The position numbers were made by a program, and so were the translations under genes. 64,000 nucleotides of DNA from Escherichia coli (lineage in GTDB: Bacteria; Pseudomonadota; Gammaproteobacteria; Enterobacterales; Enterobacteriaceae): assembly GCF_024298765.1 (NCBI RefSeq), contig NZ_CP101210.1; one strand, given 5' to 3'. Below are positions 35,593 through 47,802 of this stretch, piece after piece (the first letter of the stretch is position 1; every line of letters begins with the position of its first letter). The notes beneath the pieces are model-generated. The model saw only the letters and a list, made by a program, of their open reading frames with translations. It made no database searches and was not told the DNA's origin.

Positions 35593-36327
35593 TTATGCTG
35601 CGACAACAATCCCCTTTTCGGCAAATGTAGAGCGTAGTCGGCGGGCGAATGCCAGTGCGTGCTCGCCGTCGCCATGCAGGCAGACCGTTTGCGCCGTGAC
35701 CGTTGCCCATTCGCCGGTGATGCTTTTGACTCTGCCGTGTTGCACCATCTCCAGCGTTTGCGCCAGCGCCTGTTCTTCGTTTTCAATCAACGCGCCTGGC
35801 TGGCTTCGCGGCACCAGCGAACCGTCTGCCTGATAACCGCGATCGGCAAACACTTCCTCGCGCGTTGTCAGGCCATATTGCTTGCCTGCACGAATCAGCT
35901 CGCTTCCTGCCAGCCCGACGAGAATCAATGCCGGATCGCAAGCGTATACCGCTCTGGCGATGGCGTCTGCCAGTTGTGCCTCTTTCGCTGCCTGGTTGTA
36001 TAACATGCCGTGAGGTTTGACATGACGCATAACACCGCCTTGCGCACGGGCAATCGTTGCCAGCGCGCCAATTTGATACAGCGTCTGGGCGTAAACGGTT
36101 TCTGGCGGCAGCTGCATGACGCTGCGCCCAAAATTTTCCCTGTCGGGAAAACTCGGGTGAGCGCCAATCGCAACACCATTTTTTATTGCTTCACGCACGC
36201 AAGCCTGCATGGTTTGCGCATCGCCTGCATGAAATCCACAGGCAATATTGGCAGAGGAAACCAGCGTTAATAGCTCTGCGTCGCTGGCATAGCCTTCGCC
36301 CAGATCGGCGTTCAGGTCAATTTTCAT
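35593..36327 (-). CDS. pxpA: 5-oxoprolinase subunit A (LamB/YcsF family)
   Basis: 244-aa ORF; gene order ybgJ-ybgK-ybgL. Confidence 0.9.
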   Translation of the reverse strand: MKIDLNADLGEGYASDAELLTLVSSANIACGFHAGDAQTMQACVREAIKNGVAIGAHPSFPDRENFGRSVMQLPPETVYAQTLYQIGALATIARAQGGVMRHVKPHGMLYNQAAKEAQLADAIARAVYACDPALILVGLAGSELIRAGKQYGLTTREEVFADRGYQADGSLVPRSQPGALIENEEQALAQTLEMVQHGRVKSITGEWATVTAQTVCLHGDGEHALAFARRLRSTFAEKGIVVAA

Positions 36328-37249
36328 TGTGCAGCCGCCACGCTAATTGTTCGAAATAACGTTGCTGATCTTGCCGTGCTTTCAGTGCTTCTTCCAGTGA
36401 ACACTGGACAAAATGAATCGGCTGACCGAGCGGAATTTGCGCCAGATGGTACATATCAGCCTCGATGATACAGGCAATACGCGGATAACCACCGGTGGTC
36501 TGTGCGTCGTTCATCAACACAATCGGCTGCCCGTTATGTGGCACCTGCACCACGCCCGGTAACAAACCGTGAGATAACAGTTCGCGATCGGTGGTGCGTT
36601 TTAAAATTTGCCCCTGTAAGCGATAGCCCATTCGGTTACTTTGCGAGCTAAGCTGCCAGGGCGAACGCCAGAATGCATCCTGCGAGGCGCGATCGAACTC
36701 ATGATATTCCGGCCCCGGCAAGGCGCGAATGCGGTTGCCCCACAGCAGCTGTTTAACGCCCTGCGCTTCCATAAAATCACGCTTCGATTTGCCAATCGGG
36801 AGTCGGTCACCATCCTTTAGTAAACGGCCTTCCAGCCCGCCAATCCCCACTTTGAGATCGGTGCTGCATGACCCCATTACCGGCGGAACATCAATACCAC
36901 CCGCGACCGCCAGATAACTGCGCATCCCGTGCTGCGGGCGTTTAAGCGTTAAACGCTGACCTGCTTTCATCGGCAATCGCCAGCCGGTCCAGACGGCGTT
37001 ATCATCCAGCCGCGCTTCGCAACCGGCCCCCGTCAGAGCAAACCACCCATCAGTTTCGAACTCAACCGTTAACTGACCGAGCGTGATCTCCAGCGCGGGG
37101 GCATTGGCGTCATTACCCACCAGTAGGTTAGCAATGCGTAACGCGGGCATATCCAGTGCGCCGCAGTGGCTGATACCCGACTGGCGAAAACCGTGACGAC
37201 CGCCATCCTGCACAGTGGTATACATGCCCGCACGAATAATCTTCAGCAT
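36317..37249 (-). CDS. pxpC: 5-oxoprolinase subunit C (allophanate hydrolase subunit 2-like)
   Basis: 310-aa ORF; gene order. Confidence 0.9.
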
Positions 37250-37899
37250 ACTCCCTCCTTCTGCGGTACAAAGCGCACGCTGTCTCCCGGACGTAATAAG
37301 ATGGGTTCGTCACGCGCCGGATCAAACAGGCTGAGTGAGGTATGACCAATCAACTGCCAGCCACCCGGCGTTGCCAGCGGATAAACACCGGTCTGCGGCC
37401 CGCCGATCCCGACAGAACCTGCCGGAACGAGCAAGCGCGGTTCAGCGCGCCGTGGCGTGTGTAGTTGTTCCGGCAAACTCCCGAGATACGGGAAGCCCGG
37501 TTGAAAACCTAAAAACCAGACCACGTATTCCACGGAGGAGTGCAATTCAACAACCTGTTTTTCGCTCAACCCACAATGCGCCGCGACCACCGCCAAATCC
37601 GGTCCGCCTGCGCCACCGTAAACCACCGGAATTTCAATAAAACGAGACTCCGGCTCCAGCGCCTCACTCTCCTCCCACCAGCGTTGCAAACGCTCTATGG
37701 CATCCAGCGCCAGCGACTCAGGATTACGTAAAATCACCGTGATATTGTTCATGCCAGGAATGGCTTCAACCACATTCGGCATATCCACCAGACGCTGCGC
37801 CAGTCGCCAGATCCGTTTCTGGCTAGCCAGCGTCACCGGCGGTTCCAGCTCCAGCACTACCGCCGTTTCACCTATCAGATAACAACGCGCTCGTTGCAC
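37243..37899 (-). CDS. pxpB: 5-oxoprolinase subunit B (allophanate hydrolase subunit 1-like)
   Basis: 218-aa ORF; gene order. Confidence 0.9.
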
Positions 37900-37921
37900 T
37901 TTCGATCCCTCTGATTATTCG

Positions 37922-38665
37922 TTATGCAGGATTAGGAATATCAATAAAGGTCACATCAAGATCGGTATTTTCATTCAGCCACTCGCTCAATGCGCGAATA
38001 CCACCGCGTTCAGTGGCATGGTGACCCGCAGCATAAAAATGCAATCCCTGCTCGCGGGCTGAATGAATGGTCTGTTCAGAAACTTCGCCAGTAATAAAAG
38101 CATCCACGCCAAAACGCGCGGCGCTATCGATAAAACTTTGCCCGCCGCCCGTGCACCAGGCGACGCGCTGGACCACCTCAGGTCCGGTATCGCCACACCA
38201 TAACGGCTTACGTCCCAGACGCGCTTCAATCCAGGAGGCCAGTTCCAGTCCCGGCACAGGCATGGTCAGTTCGCCCCACGGCACCAACGGCTCAATTTCG
38301 CCCATGACCGTGATCCCCAGTAACGCCGCCAGCTGTGCGTTATTGCCCAGCTCAGGATGTGCGTCAAGCGGCAAATGCCAGCCATACAGGTTGATATCAT
38401 TCGCCAGCAACGTTTTTAAACGGTTACGCTTCATGCCGCGAATGACCGGGGATTCGCCTTTCCAGAAGTAGCCATGATGCACAATGACCGCATCCGCGCC
38501 CAGACGCACCGCTTCATCGAGCAAAGCCTGGCTGGCAGTGACACCGGTAACAATTTTTTGCACCGTCTCTTTGCCTTCCACCTGCAAACCATTCGGCGCG
38601 TAATCACTAATCGCCGCGCTGTTCAGTTTTTCGTTAATCAGTTGTTCCAGTTCGGTGTTTTTCAT
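37922..38665 (-). CDS. ybgI: Nif3-family dinuclear metal-centre protein YbgI
   Basis: 247-aa ORF with Nif3-like His-rich motifs. Confidence 0.9.
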   Translation of the reverse strand: MKNTELEQLINEKLNSAAISDYAPNGLQVEGKETVQKIVTGVTASQALLDEAVRLGADAVIVHHGYFWKGESPVIRGMKRNRLKTLLANDINLYGWHLPLDAHPELGNNAQLAALLGITVMGEIEPLVPWGELTMPVPGLELASWIEARLGRKPLWCGDTGPEVVQRVAWCTGGGQSFIDSAARFGVDAFITGEVSEQTIHSAREQGLHFYAAGHHATERGGIRALSEWLNENTDLDVTFIDIPNPA

Positions 38666-38752
38666 CTTCGCGCCTTCCGTATTCTGATAGCTACACCGTT
38701 AACATAGCGTTACCTCGCCTGTTCGTCGATAGCCAATCTTTTGACATATTAA

Positions 38753-40417
<1,665 letters not shown>

Positions 40418-40459
40418 TAGACCAGCACCGATGCCTGATAAGACGCTCACTGCGTTTTA

Positions 40460-41878
40460 TCAGGCTCCTTTCCTCGCTTCTTCGTACGCTGCCAGCGTTC
40501 GCAGCCTTGCCTCTTTGTGATCAACTATCGGTTGCGGATAATCCAGCGTCATACCTGCTTTCTGCGCCCACTTCCACGGCTCATGCACCACTTTCCCTGG
40601 CACATCGCGCAGTTCCGGTAGCCACTGGCGGATAAACTCGCCTTCGCGGTCAAATTTCTCGCCCTGGGTTGTCGGGTTAAAAATACGAAAATACGGCGCT
40701 GCATCGGTTCCGGTTGAAGCGGCCCACTGCCAGCCACCGTTATTAGCTGCCAAATCACCATCAATCAGCTGCGACATGAAATATCGCTCGCCTTCGCGCC
40801 AGTCGATCAACAAATCTTTCACCAGAAAACTGGCTGTAATCATCCGTAGCCTGTTATGCATCCAGCCAGTGCTGTTAAGCTGACGCATGGCAGCATCGAC
40901 AATCGGGTATCCCGTTTTGCCTTCCTGCCAGGCCTGTAAATGTGCGGGATTGCTCTGCCACTGCACACGATCCGTCCAGGCAATAAACGGACAATGTTTA
41001 CACAACGAGGGGTAATACGTCATCAGATGACGGTAGAACTCGCGCCAGATCAGCTCACTAAGCCAGACACTACCGGCCCCACCGTCCAGCGCCTGCGGCT
41101 GTTCCGCCAACAAGCGATGCAAACACTGGCGAGGCGATAACCCGCCCGTTGCCAGGCTGGCGGACAAACGACTGGTGCCTTCCACTGCCGGAAAATCTCG
41201 TTGTTGCTCATATTCTCCGGCACCGTTCTGGCAAAACTGGCGTAATTGCGCAATCGCAGCTTTTTCTTCCACCGGGAAATGCGCAGTATCGAAAGACTGA
41301 CGAGGATAATTCAGCGTAATGGATGGCGCGGGCTTTATCGATCCGCTACTACGAACTTTTGGTGCAGCGACGCACTCCGGCATCCCTTCCCGCAGCCGTT
41401 TCAGCCAGGCATTTTGAAAAGGCGTAAAGACTTTGTACATCTCATGATTGTCAGTCATCACCGCGCCAGGCGGCAGGATCACGCTGTCATCAAATCCTTC
41501 ACACACCACGTTACGCAGCGTTCTCTCAACCTGCACATCCCGCGCCCGCTCATTCACCTCATACTGATAGTTATAAAAAAGATGAGTAACGCTGTTTTCC
41601 GCGCACACCTGTTTAACTATTTCGACGCTGGCGGCAAAGTCATCCACTTCACGGAACAATAAAGGAATGCCTTTTTCCGCCAGCGCGATTTGTAGCCCGT
41701 TCAGTTGAGCATTGATAAGTTCAGCCTGACGCGGCGACATGTTATGCGCCGCCCACTGGCGTGGTGTAGCGATATACAACGCCAGCACGCTTGCAGACGA
41801 ATTGCGGCAGGCGGCAGCCAGCGCGAGATTATCGTGCTGACGTAAATCCTGGCGAAACCAGACCAGATGGGTAGTCAT
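40460..41878 (-). CDS. phr: Deoxyribodipyrimidine photolyase
   Basis: 472-aa ORF; photolyase/cryptochrome FAD-binding domain. Confidence 0.95.
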   Translation of the reverse strand: MTTHLVWFRQDLRQHDNLALAAACRNSSASVLALYIATPRQWAAHNMSPRQAELINAQLNGLQIALAEKGIPLLFREVDDFAASVEIVKQVCAENSVTHLFYNYQYEVNERARDVQVERTLRNVVCEGFDDSVILPPGAVMTDNHEMYKVFTPFQNAWLKRLREGMPECVAAPKVRSSGSIKPAPSITLNYPRQSFDTAHFPVEEKAAIAQLRQFCQNGAGEYEQQRDFPAVEGTSRLSASLATGGLSPRQCLHRLLAEQPQALDGGAGSVWLSELIWREFYRHLMTYYPSLCKHCPFIAWTDRVQWQSNPAHLQAWQEGKTGYPIVDAAMRQLNSTGWMHNRLRMITASFLVKDLLIDWREGERYFMSQLIDGDLAANNGGWQWAASTGTDAAPYFRIFNPTTQGEKFDREGEFIRQWLPELRDVPGKVVHEPWKWAQKAGMTLDYPQPIVDHKEARLRTLAAYEEARKGA

Positions 41879-42384
41879 AAAACTCCTGAATGGCGCAAGT
41901 TAATCACACACGGCCAAAGTTCGAAATAACGCTGCACTGAAAGCCAGGCGTCAGGATAAAGCGCCATATAGTGTTTGATACGCATCAGCGGCGCAAGAAG
42001 TGGTTGCTCGCCACGGCGATAACTGTCGATAAGCGCCGCCAGCTGCTGGCGTTCTGTGGAATCAATATGTGGGCGAAAATATCCCTGAACGTGCATCAAA
42101 ACGTTAGTATGATCACGCCGGTTGGCAGGGTGAGAAAGCAAAACAATCACGCGTTGGCGGTACTGGTTGTAATAGTCATCCAGACTTTGCCACCGGTGAA
42201 TATCAGCCACAAACGGGCCAAGTTTGCGGTATTCCGGCTGGGAATGCGCCAGAAAGACGAGTTTATAACGGCTGTGATAATCGAGAAGCGCCCCGCGCGT
42301 TAAGCCATGTTCTTTCAGTCGATATAGCTCATAAATCGCGAAGATGCGGATTAGGGTGCTTTCATCAAATCGTTGCTGATTCAT
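41875..42384 (-). CDS. ybgA: DUF1722-family protein YbgA
   Basis: 169-aa ORF upstream of and overlapping phr. Confidence 0.9.
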   Translation of the reverse strand: MNQQRFDESTLIRIFAIYELYRLKEHGLTRGALLDYHSRYKLVFLAHSQPEYRKLGPFVADIHRWQSLDDYYNQYRQRVIVLLSHPANRRDHTNVLMHVQGYFRPHIDSTERQQLAALIDSYRRGEQPLLAPLMRIKHYMALYPDAWLSVQRYFELWPCVINLRHSGVL

Positions 42385-42459
42385 TACTGCTCCTGAACGG
42401 TTTACAGGAGTAAGTGTAGACGTTGGGAAATGAAATTTGTGAAGTTAATCCTGTTGTAG

Positions 42460-43294
42460 CAGGGCAAGATTACGAAAGCCCGCTCCCCGTAAGGACTGAC
42501 GCCAGGTAGTTTCTGTCCATAGCTGCCCTTTCTATTCAAACGTGAAATCAATAAGTTCATCAGGGACATCACAAACAATATGAAGACGGGTTTCTTCTCT
42601 GCCGTGACTCTTTTCACTAATTGAGTAACTGTCGTGCTCTGGATTATTTAATTCTTTCAGCGGAAATTTTTCCTCAAAGGCTTTATTAAGCCGCCACCTG
42701 ATTTCCTTTTACAGCGAATAAATAATCACCTCCCTGTTTTTGTATCTTCTCTGCAATATCTTTCTGGCAACTCATCGCATCAGTTGTGATGATTTTTCCT
42801 TTAATATCCAGCATGTTAAGAAGTTCAGGGATAGCTGTAATTTCATTGGATTTCTCATCCGTCCTGATCTGTCCGATGACCAGACTGTGCATTGTTGAGA
42901 ACGCACTAATGACATGAATCGCTCCCCTGCGGCGACTCTTGTCATAAGAATGCCGGAGCGTTTTTCCATCAATTGCAATAACGTCTTTATCATCTGAAGA
43001 ATGGCAGTCACGCATCCAGTTAATAAAGCACTCGTGAAATTTTGAAGGACTGATACAGGATACAACTCTGGCGATGGTATCGTGAACAGGAATACCATTT
43101 TAAAAATCACCATATTGTTTTAAAAAATCGAGATGTGTTTCCCCAAAATCCTCTATATCTTCCCAACCATCTGCACCAGAAATAACGGCACAAATAGTCA
43201 ACAGTAGAATATCCGACAATTTATGTTCCACTTTTCCAGGATTGTCTGTAATCGGGAATAACAGAAATATGTTCCATCAATTTTTTAAGTACCA
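42460..43294 (-). pseudogene. H-repeat (ISAs1-family) transposase pseudogene, copy 1: internal deletion plus nonsense/frameshift
   Basis: Aligns to the intact copy at 45108-46244 but lacks about 330 bp near the 3' end, has the 1-bp insertion shared with copy 3, and a stop (ttttaaaa in place of ttttcaaa) near 43100. Confidence 0.85.
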
Positions 43295-43424
43295 TTTTGT
43301 TCTCCTTAATTATGTAAGGAGTATTTGATCATGTATAAGCAATAAAAAACAGCTTTAGGTAATGAGGAATATCTCAATTTTTAAACATAAAATGCGAATT
43401 GTCTAGTACAAAAAAGCAGCGTTA

Positions 43425-43531
43425 CGTGATCTTTCCCTGAGAGGTACAGGAACTGCGGGAGGAACTTTATCAGGTTAAACAGGGGTTAAGGGGATGCGGA
43501 ACGGGATGTTTAGTGTGCTGAACGAAAGCTA
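43425..43531 (+). pseudogene. SymE-like toxin gene remnant (internal deletion)
   Basis: Retains the leader and GTG start context and the 3' end of the intact copy at 46375-46725; central part deleted, early stop. Confidence 0.7.
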
Positions 43532-43587
43532 AATAATAAAAAAGCCGGGAAGATCTTATCTTTCCCGGCCATCTTGCCATACATTAA

Positions 43588-44022
43588 TTATTTATGAATA
43601 TAATATAACTGAACATCATATTCATTATCACTTAAAACTATTAGTCGATCGGGAAATGTAAATGCTAATGAAAGATCATATGTTTCATTTATCGAAAACA
43701 AACTCAATATGAAATTTGAAAAATTTTCGACATGAAGAGATATGCAAACATCTCCATTATAGAATATATTGCAAAGAATATCTTTTTTCACATTCAGTGT
43801 ACTTTCAACATCTCTCGCTAGATCATTAATATTTAAAGGTAAATTGAAAACTCTCCTTTCAATAATATTATCGGTTTTATTTATTGCCATTAGCATTTCT
43901 CGATGCCACATGAAGTCATTCTTACGTAAGAATGATACATCAAAGGAAGTGACACCATTTAATTTAGAAGCATAATCTTTTGCTCTAATTAAATTTAATT
44001 TATCTTCAAGGCTAATTTTCAT
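43588..44022 (-). CDS. Putative Rhs-toxin immunity protein (orphan cassette 1)
   Basis: 144-aa low-GC ORF starting 4 nt before the stop of the orphan toxin reading frame; typical rhs-CT/rhsI arrangement. Confidence 0.6.
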   Translation of the reverse strand: MKISLEDKLNLIRAKDYASKLNGVTSFDVSFLRKNDFMWHREMLMAINKTDNIIERRVFNLPLNINDLARDVESTLNVKKDILCNIFYNGDVCISLHVENFSNFILSLFSINETYDLSLAFTFPDRLIVLSDNEYDVQLYYIHK

Positions 44023-44470
44023 AATATATATGATGATCCTTAGTTACAGGGTCATTGATCTTCTGATATCTATCACTTTTGAAATCGTATGTTCTAGGAT
44101 CAGCGCCCGGTTTAGGTTGTCCTGCATGTGCGTGAGGGCCAGGTGCCCTAGGATCTGCCGTGTGCTCGACTACAACTTTCTTACGTCCGTAGGCATCTGT
44201 ATATTCATAATATCGCCCATGAGACCCTAAATCTTCCGAATATTTATAATTTGTTTGTCCCCTTCTTCTAGGATCATTTCCAACGGTCCATTGCCTATTA
44301 GGTTGCTGTGAACGAGGTATGCCCGCAAGATCTTTTGCTTTATTTAGTGCCTGACGACGGTTTCTTAATTCACCACATTTAAGACCAAGCGGATCTATCC
44401 AGCTTACTGGATTAGGCGCGTAAGCATATAAGTTTAGCCCCCCCGCCAGCCCTATCGGGTCGGGTTACGT
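44011..44470 (-). pseudogene. Orphan rhs C-terminal toxin remnant (no start codon; in-frame stop before the DPxGL motif)
   Basis: Reverse-strand frame reads ...[46 protein letters not shown] followed by a 125-aa unique domain ending at the immunity gene; not in the ORF track because it lacks a start. Confidence 0.7.
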
Positions 44471-44634
44471 AAATGTTCCACAGTCCGAGTCGTAGTACCT
44501 CAGAAGGTTGCAGTGCAATCCCGCCTTGCGACATCAAGGCATAGTTTCAGAAAAAGTAAGGAGCAATCACCATACCCCAATTCACTGGGTGCTAAATAAT
44601 ATCTGGTAACATCCCTTACTTCAATTCTATTTCA

Positions 44635-45030
44635 TTACAACTTCTTTACTTTCCATATTCTTTGCGCAGCTAAAAAAGATACTCCTTTGAACCAAGACGC
44701 ACATTCAATAACTTGTTCCCATGAATATATTTTATGTGAGCTAAATTTTATCGATTCATCTTGGTTCATTATCTCAATAAAATAATATCCTTTATTATAA
44801 TCTCTTTTTTCTATTCTATCTTCAGCTCTTGCCGAACGTATAGAAATAACACAATCATCTAATAAACAAAATCTTTTCTTTATAATCGCATCATCTTGGT
44901 TCCATGGATTTGTACTTGCCATTTGTTCTGATTGTTTCAGCTCATTCACTACTGTATACCAAATAGCTTCGGTATCACTTGCCTTTGCATTCTCTCTATC
45001 AGACTCGGATCTAAATATAATTTTGTCCAT
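44635..45030 (-). CDS. Hypothetical protein, possibly an orphan immunity gene
   Basis: 131-aa low-GC ORF between H-repeat copy 2 and the orphan toxin remnant; no recognisable motif. Confidence 0.4.
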   Translation of the reverse strand: MDKIIFRSESDRENAKASDTEAIWYTVVNELKQSEQMASTNPWNQDDAIIKKRFCLLDDCVISIRSARAEDRIEKRDYNKGYYFIEIMNQDESIKFSSHKIYSWEQVIECASWFKGVSFLAAQRIWKVKKL

Positions 45031-45107
45031 TTTAATAATCCAAATGTAAATTACTTAAAATACCCTCTGCCTCATTCCAGGCATTGACATGGGAACCCAG
45101 GGAAAGA

Positions 45108-46244
45108 TTACGAAAGCCCGCTCCCAGCAAGGACTGACGCCAGATAGTTTCTGTCCATGGCTGCTTTTCGCATCTTACGTCTTAACCCTGCCTTGAATAC
45201 CTTATCATTCGTCAAAATATTAATAGCGATGTGCCGTATCCCTGAAAATAATTCTGCTGCATTTCCTCTTCTTATTTTGCAGTCGTCTTCATTCATTACC
45301 ACGTCCAGACGCCAGTGCAGCTTATTCTCCACGTGCCAGTGGTTTCGGATTGCTGTGGCGAACTTCTCTGCGGTTAAATCAGCAGAACTGATATAATATC
45401 TGACCGTCATTTCTGGCTCTTTCTTTTGTTCTGCTATTATTGACCGAAAGGAGACTGCCACGCATAATTTCTTCAGACCTTTCCATTCAAACGTGAAATC
45501 AATAAGTTCATCAGGGACATCGCAAACAATATGAAGACGGATTTCTTCTCTGCCGTGACTTTTTTCACTAATTGCGTAACTGTCATGCTCTGGATTATTT
45601 AATTCTTTCAGTGGGAATTTTTCCTCAAAGGCTTTATTAAGCCGCCCCTGATTTCCTTTTACAGCGAATAAATAATCACCGCCCTGTTTTTGTATCTTCT
45701 CTGCGATATCTTTCTGGCACCCCATCGCATCAGTTGTGATAATTTTTCCTTTAATATCCAACATGTTAAGAAGTTCAGGGATAGCTGTGATCTCATTGGA
45801 TTTCTCATCCGTCCTGATCTGTCCGATGACCAGACTGTGCATTGTTGAGAACGCACTAATGACATGAATCGCTCCCCTGCGGCGACTCTTGTCATAAGAA
45901 TGCCGGAGCGTTTTTCCATCAATTGCAATAACGTCTTTATCATCTGAAGAATGGCAGTCACGCATCCAGTTAATAAAGCACTCGTGAAATTTTGCAGGAC
46001 TGATACAGGATACAACTCTGGCAATGGTATCGTGAACAGGAATACCATTTTCAAAATCACCATATTGCTTCAAAAAATCGAGATGTGTTTCCCCAAAATC
46101 CTCTATATCTTCCCAGCCTTCTGCACAAGAAATAACGGCACAAATAGTCAACAGTAGAATATCCGACAATTTATGTTCCACTTTCCAGGCTTGTCTGTAA
46201 TCGGGGATAATAGAAATATGTTCCATCAATTTTTTAAGTTCCAT
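45108..46244 (-). CDS. H-repeat-associated protein (ISAs1-family transposase), intact copy 2
   Basis: 378-aa ORF of the YhhI/YdcC/YbfD H-rpt type; element left end about 45094 (aagattacgaaagcccgc). Confidence 0.9.
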   Translation of the reverse strand: MELKKLMEHISIIPDYRQAWKVEHKLSDILLLTICAVISCAEGWEDIEDFGETHLDFLKQYGDFENGIPVHDTIARVVSCISPAKFHECFINWMRDCHSSDDKDVIAIDGKTLRHSYDKSRRRGAIHVISAFSTMHSLVIGQIRTDEKSNEITAIPELLNMLDIKGKIITTDAMGCQKDIAEKIQKQGGDYLFAVKGNQGRLNKAFEEKFPLKELNNPEHDSYAISEKSHGREEIRLHIVCDVPDELIDFTFEWKGLKKLCVAVSFRSIIAEQKKEPEMTVRYYISSADLTAEKFATAIRNHWHVENKLHWRLDVVMNEDDCKIRRGNAAELFSGIRHIAINILTNDKVFKAGLRRKMRKAAMDRNYLASVLAGSGLS

Positions 46245-46374
46245 TTTGTTCTCCTTAATTATGTAAGGAGTATTTGACCATGTATACGCAATAAAAAACA
46301 GCTTCAGGTAATGAGGAATATCTCAATTTTTAAACATAAAATGCGAATTATTTAGTACAAAAAAGCAGCGTTAC

Positions 46375-46725
46375 GTGATCTTTCCCTGGTTAATCATGGC
46401 TGAACACGATATTACGCCAGAAATCACCATTTCCAAAACACAGCGCCGCTATAAAGTCGGCTATGTCAGAGCCCGCCACATAAACAGCAAAACCTACATG
46501 ACCACGTACTACTCACGACACCCCAGCCTGAACCTCAAGGGCGACTGGCTGAAAGAGGCCGGATTTGATACCGGGCGGGGTGTCACGGTGAAGATTTCGG
46601 AGGGGTGCCTGACCATCATCGCTGACAGTGACGAGGTGCAGGAACTGCGGGAGGAACTTTATCAGGTTAAACAGGTGGTTAAGGGGATGCGGAGCGGGAT
46701 GTTTAGTGTGCTGAACGATAATTAA
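46375..46725 (+). CDS. SymE-like toxin (AbrB/SpoVT-fold type I toxin family), intact copy
   Basis: 116-aa ORF from GTG (or 109 aa from ATG at 46396); contains the SymE-family core LKGDWLKEAGFDTGRGVTVKISEGCLTI. Confidence 0.75.
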   Translation: MIFPWLIMAEHDITPEITISKTQRRYKVGYVRARHINSKTYMTTYYSRHPSLNLKGDWLKEAGFDTGRGVTVKISEGCLTIIADSDEVQELREELYQVKQVVKGMRSGMFSVLNDN

Positions 46726-46734
46726 ATAATAAAA

Positions 46735-46765
46735 AGCCGGGAAGATTTAATTTTCTTTCCGGCTT
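46735..46765 (-). terminator. Hairpin terminator between the SymE-like gene and the immunity gene
   Basis: gccgggaaga...tctttccggc hairpin flanked by an A-run on the plus strand (U-run for the minus-strand transcript); same motif at 43540-43572 and 51983-52018. Confidence 0.55.
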
Positions 46766-46776
46766 TGTCTAATTAA

Positions 46777-47172
46777 TTATTCAGGAAATTTTCTATTTTT
46801 ATATGATGACCATAAGTGAGTGATCGACCAAGAGTTTTCCTTTCCGAGTACAAAACTTTTGGAGATTATCTCAATATCATCAGATATACGCGAAGATATT
46901 TCAGAATTATTAATCACCCTGAATGAGTATTTAAATGCCTTTTCTCGCAAGGAATCAATAAACTCAATATCATCATCCTGAAAACTTTCCTTATCTAATG
47001 AATTAAACTCACTCATCCAGCAATCATCAAACTCCGGTTCATCTCTTGAGTCTAATGCACTATCAACATTTAATGATTTAAGAAAATCAAAAAATGACGG
47101 GGTGGATAAACAGTTATCAATTTCAATTAGCTTATTATTAATCATCACATTAACCCTTGTCCTTTGAGCCAA
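46777..47172 (-). CDS. Putative Rhs-toxin immunity protein (orphan cassette 2)
   Basis: 131-aa acidic low-GC ORF immediately 3' of and overlapping the GHH-type orphan toxin. Confidence 0.6.
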   Translation of the reverse strand: MAQRTRVNVMINNKLIEIDNCLSTPSFFDFLKSLNVDSALDSRDEPEFDDCWMSEFNSLDKESFQDDDIEFIDSLREKAFKYSFRVINNSEISSRISDDIEIISKSFVLGKENSWSITHLWSSYKNRKFPE

Positions 47173-47790
47173 ACCTCTATTAAATCAACAGCCTTGGATG
47201 GTGTCACATTAGTACCTAGCGTATAAGTTCCATTTGGAGATTTAACATCAACTCTGATGTCATCTAATTTTGAATACGCTTTTCTGTAAGCATCAAATAA
47301 CTCTTTATCCGAACCAAGGAAATCACCTTGTCTTGGACCTATCACATCTCGTTCCGCATGATGTAAACGCCAGTGATTATGTTCTGGATTTTCTCCTCTA
47401 GGGAATAATGTTGGGCGAGTTTTATCAGATCGGGAAACTTCAAACGGACGTCCTTTAGATTTACGAACCGCAGGAACATGATGTCCAGATTCACTCACGC
47501 CCATACACTTCTTCGTTAATCCAAGGGGATCGATCCAGCTTAACGGATTCGGTGCATAAGCATACAGGTTTAACCCGCCTCTTAGCCCTATCGGGTCCGT
47601 TACCATGAACCGCCCGACATCCGGATCATAGTACCTGTGCAGATTGTAATGCAGCCCCGTTTCCCTGTCGAGGTACTGTCCCTGGTAGCGCAGGTTCTGC
47701 TCCACCCCGCCGTGGTCCTTCTCCTGTATCGTGTTACCCCAGACCTGATACCCCGTCTCCCACACGATTTTCCCGTCACTGTCCGTCATC
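47145..47790 (-). CDS. Orphan rhs C-terminal fragment with GHH-signature HNH/EndoVII-like nuclease toxin domain
   Basis: Core end ([38 protein letters not shown]) followed by a unique domain containing SGHHVPAV and EHNHWRLHH; 5' end truncated by the H-repeat copy 3 insertion; the track Met is fortuitous. Confidence 0.65.
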
Positions 47791-47802
47791 TCCAGGGCAA
47801 GA

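Noticed and set aside
46260-46380. LexA (SOS) box upstream of the SymE-like gene, by analogy with K-12 symE
   Set aside because: The closest candidate (TGT...ACAG around the atgtatacgcaataaaaaacag stretch) has the wrong spacing for CTGT-N8-ACAG, so I could not support an SOS box from sequence.
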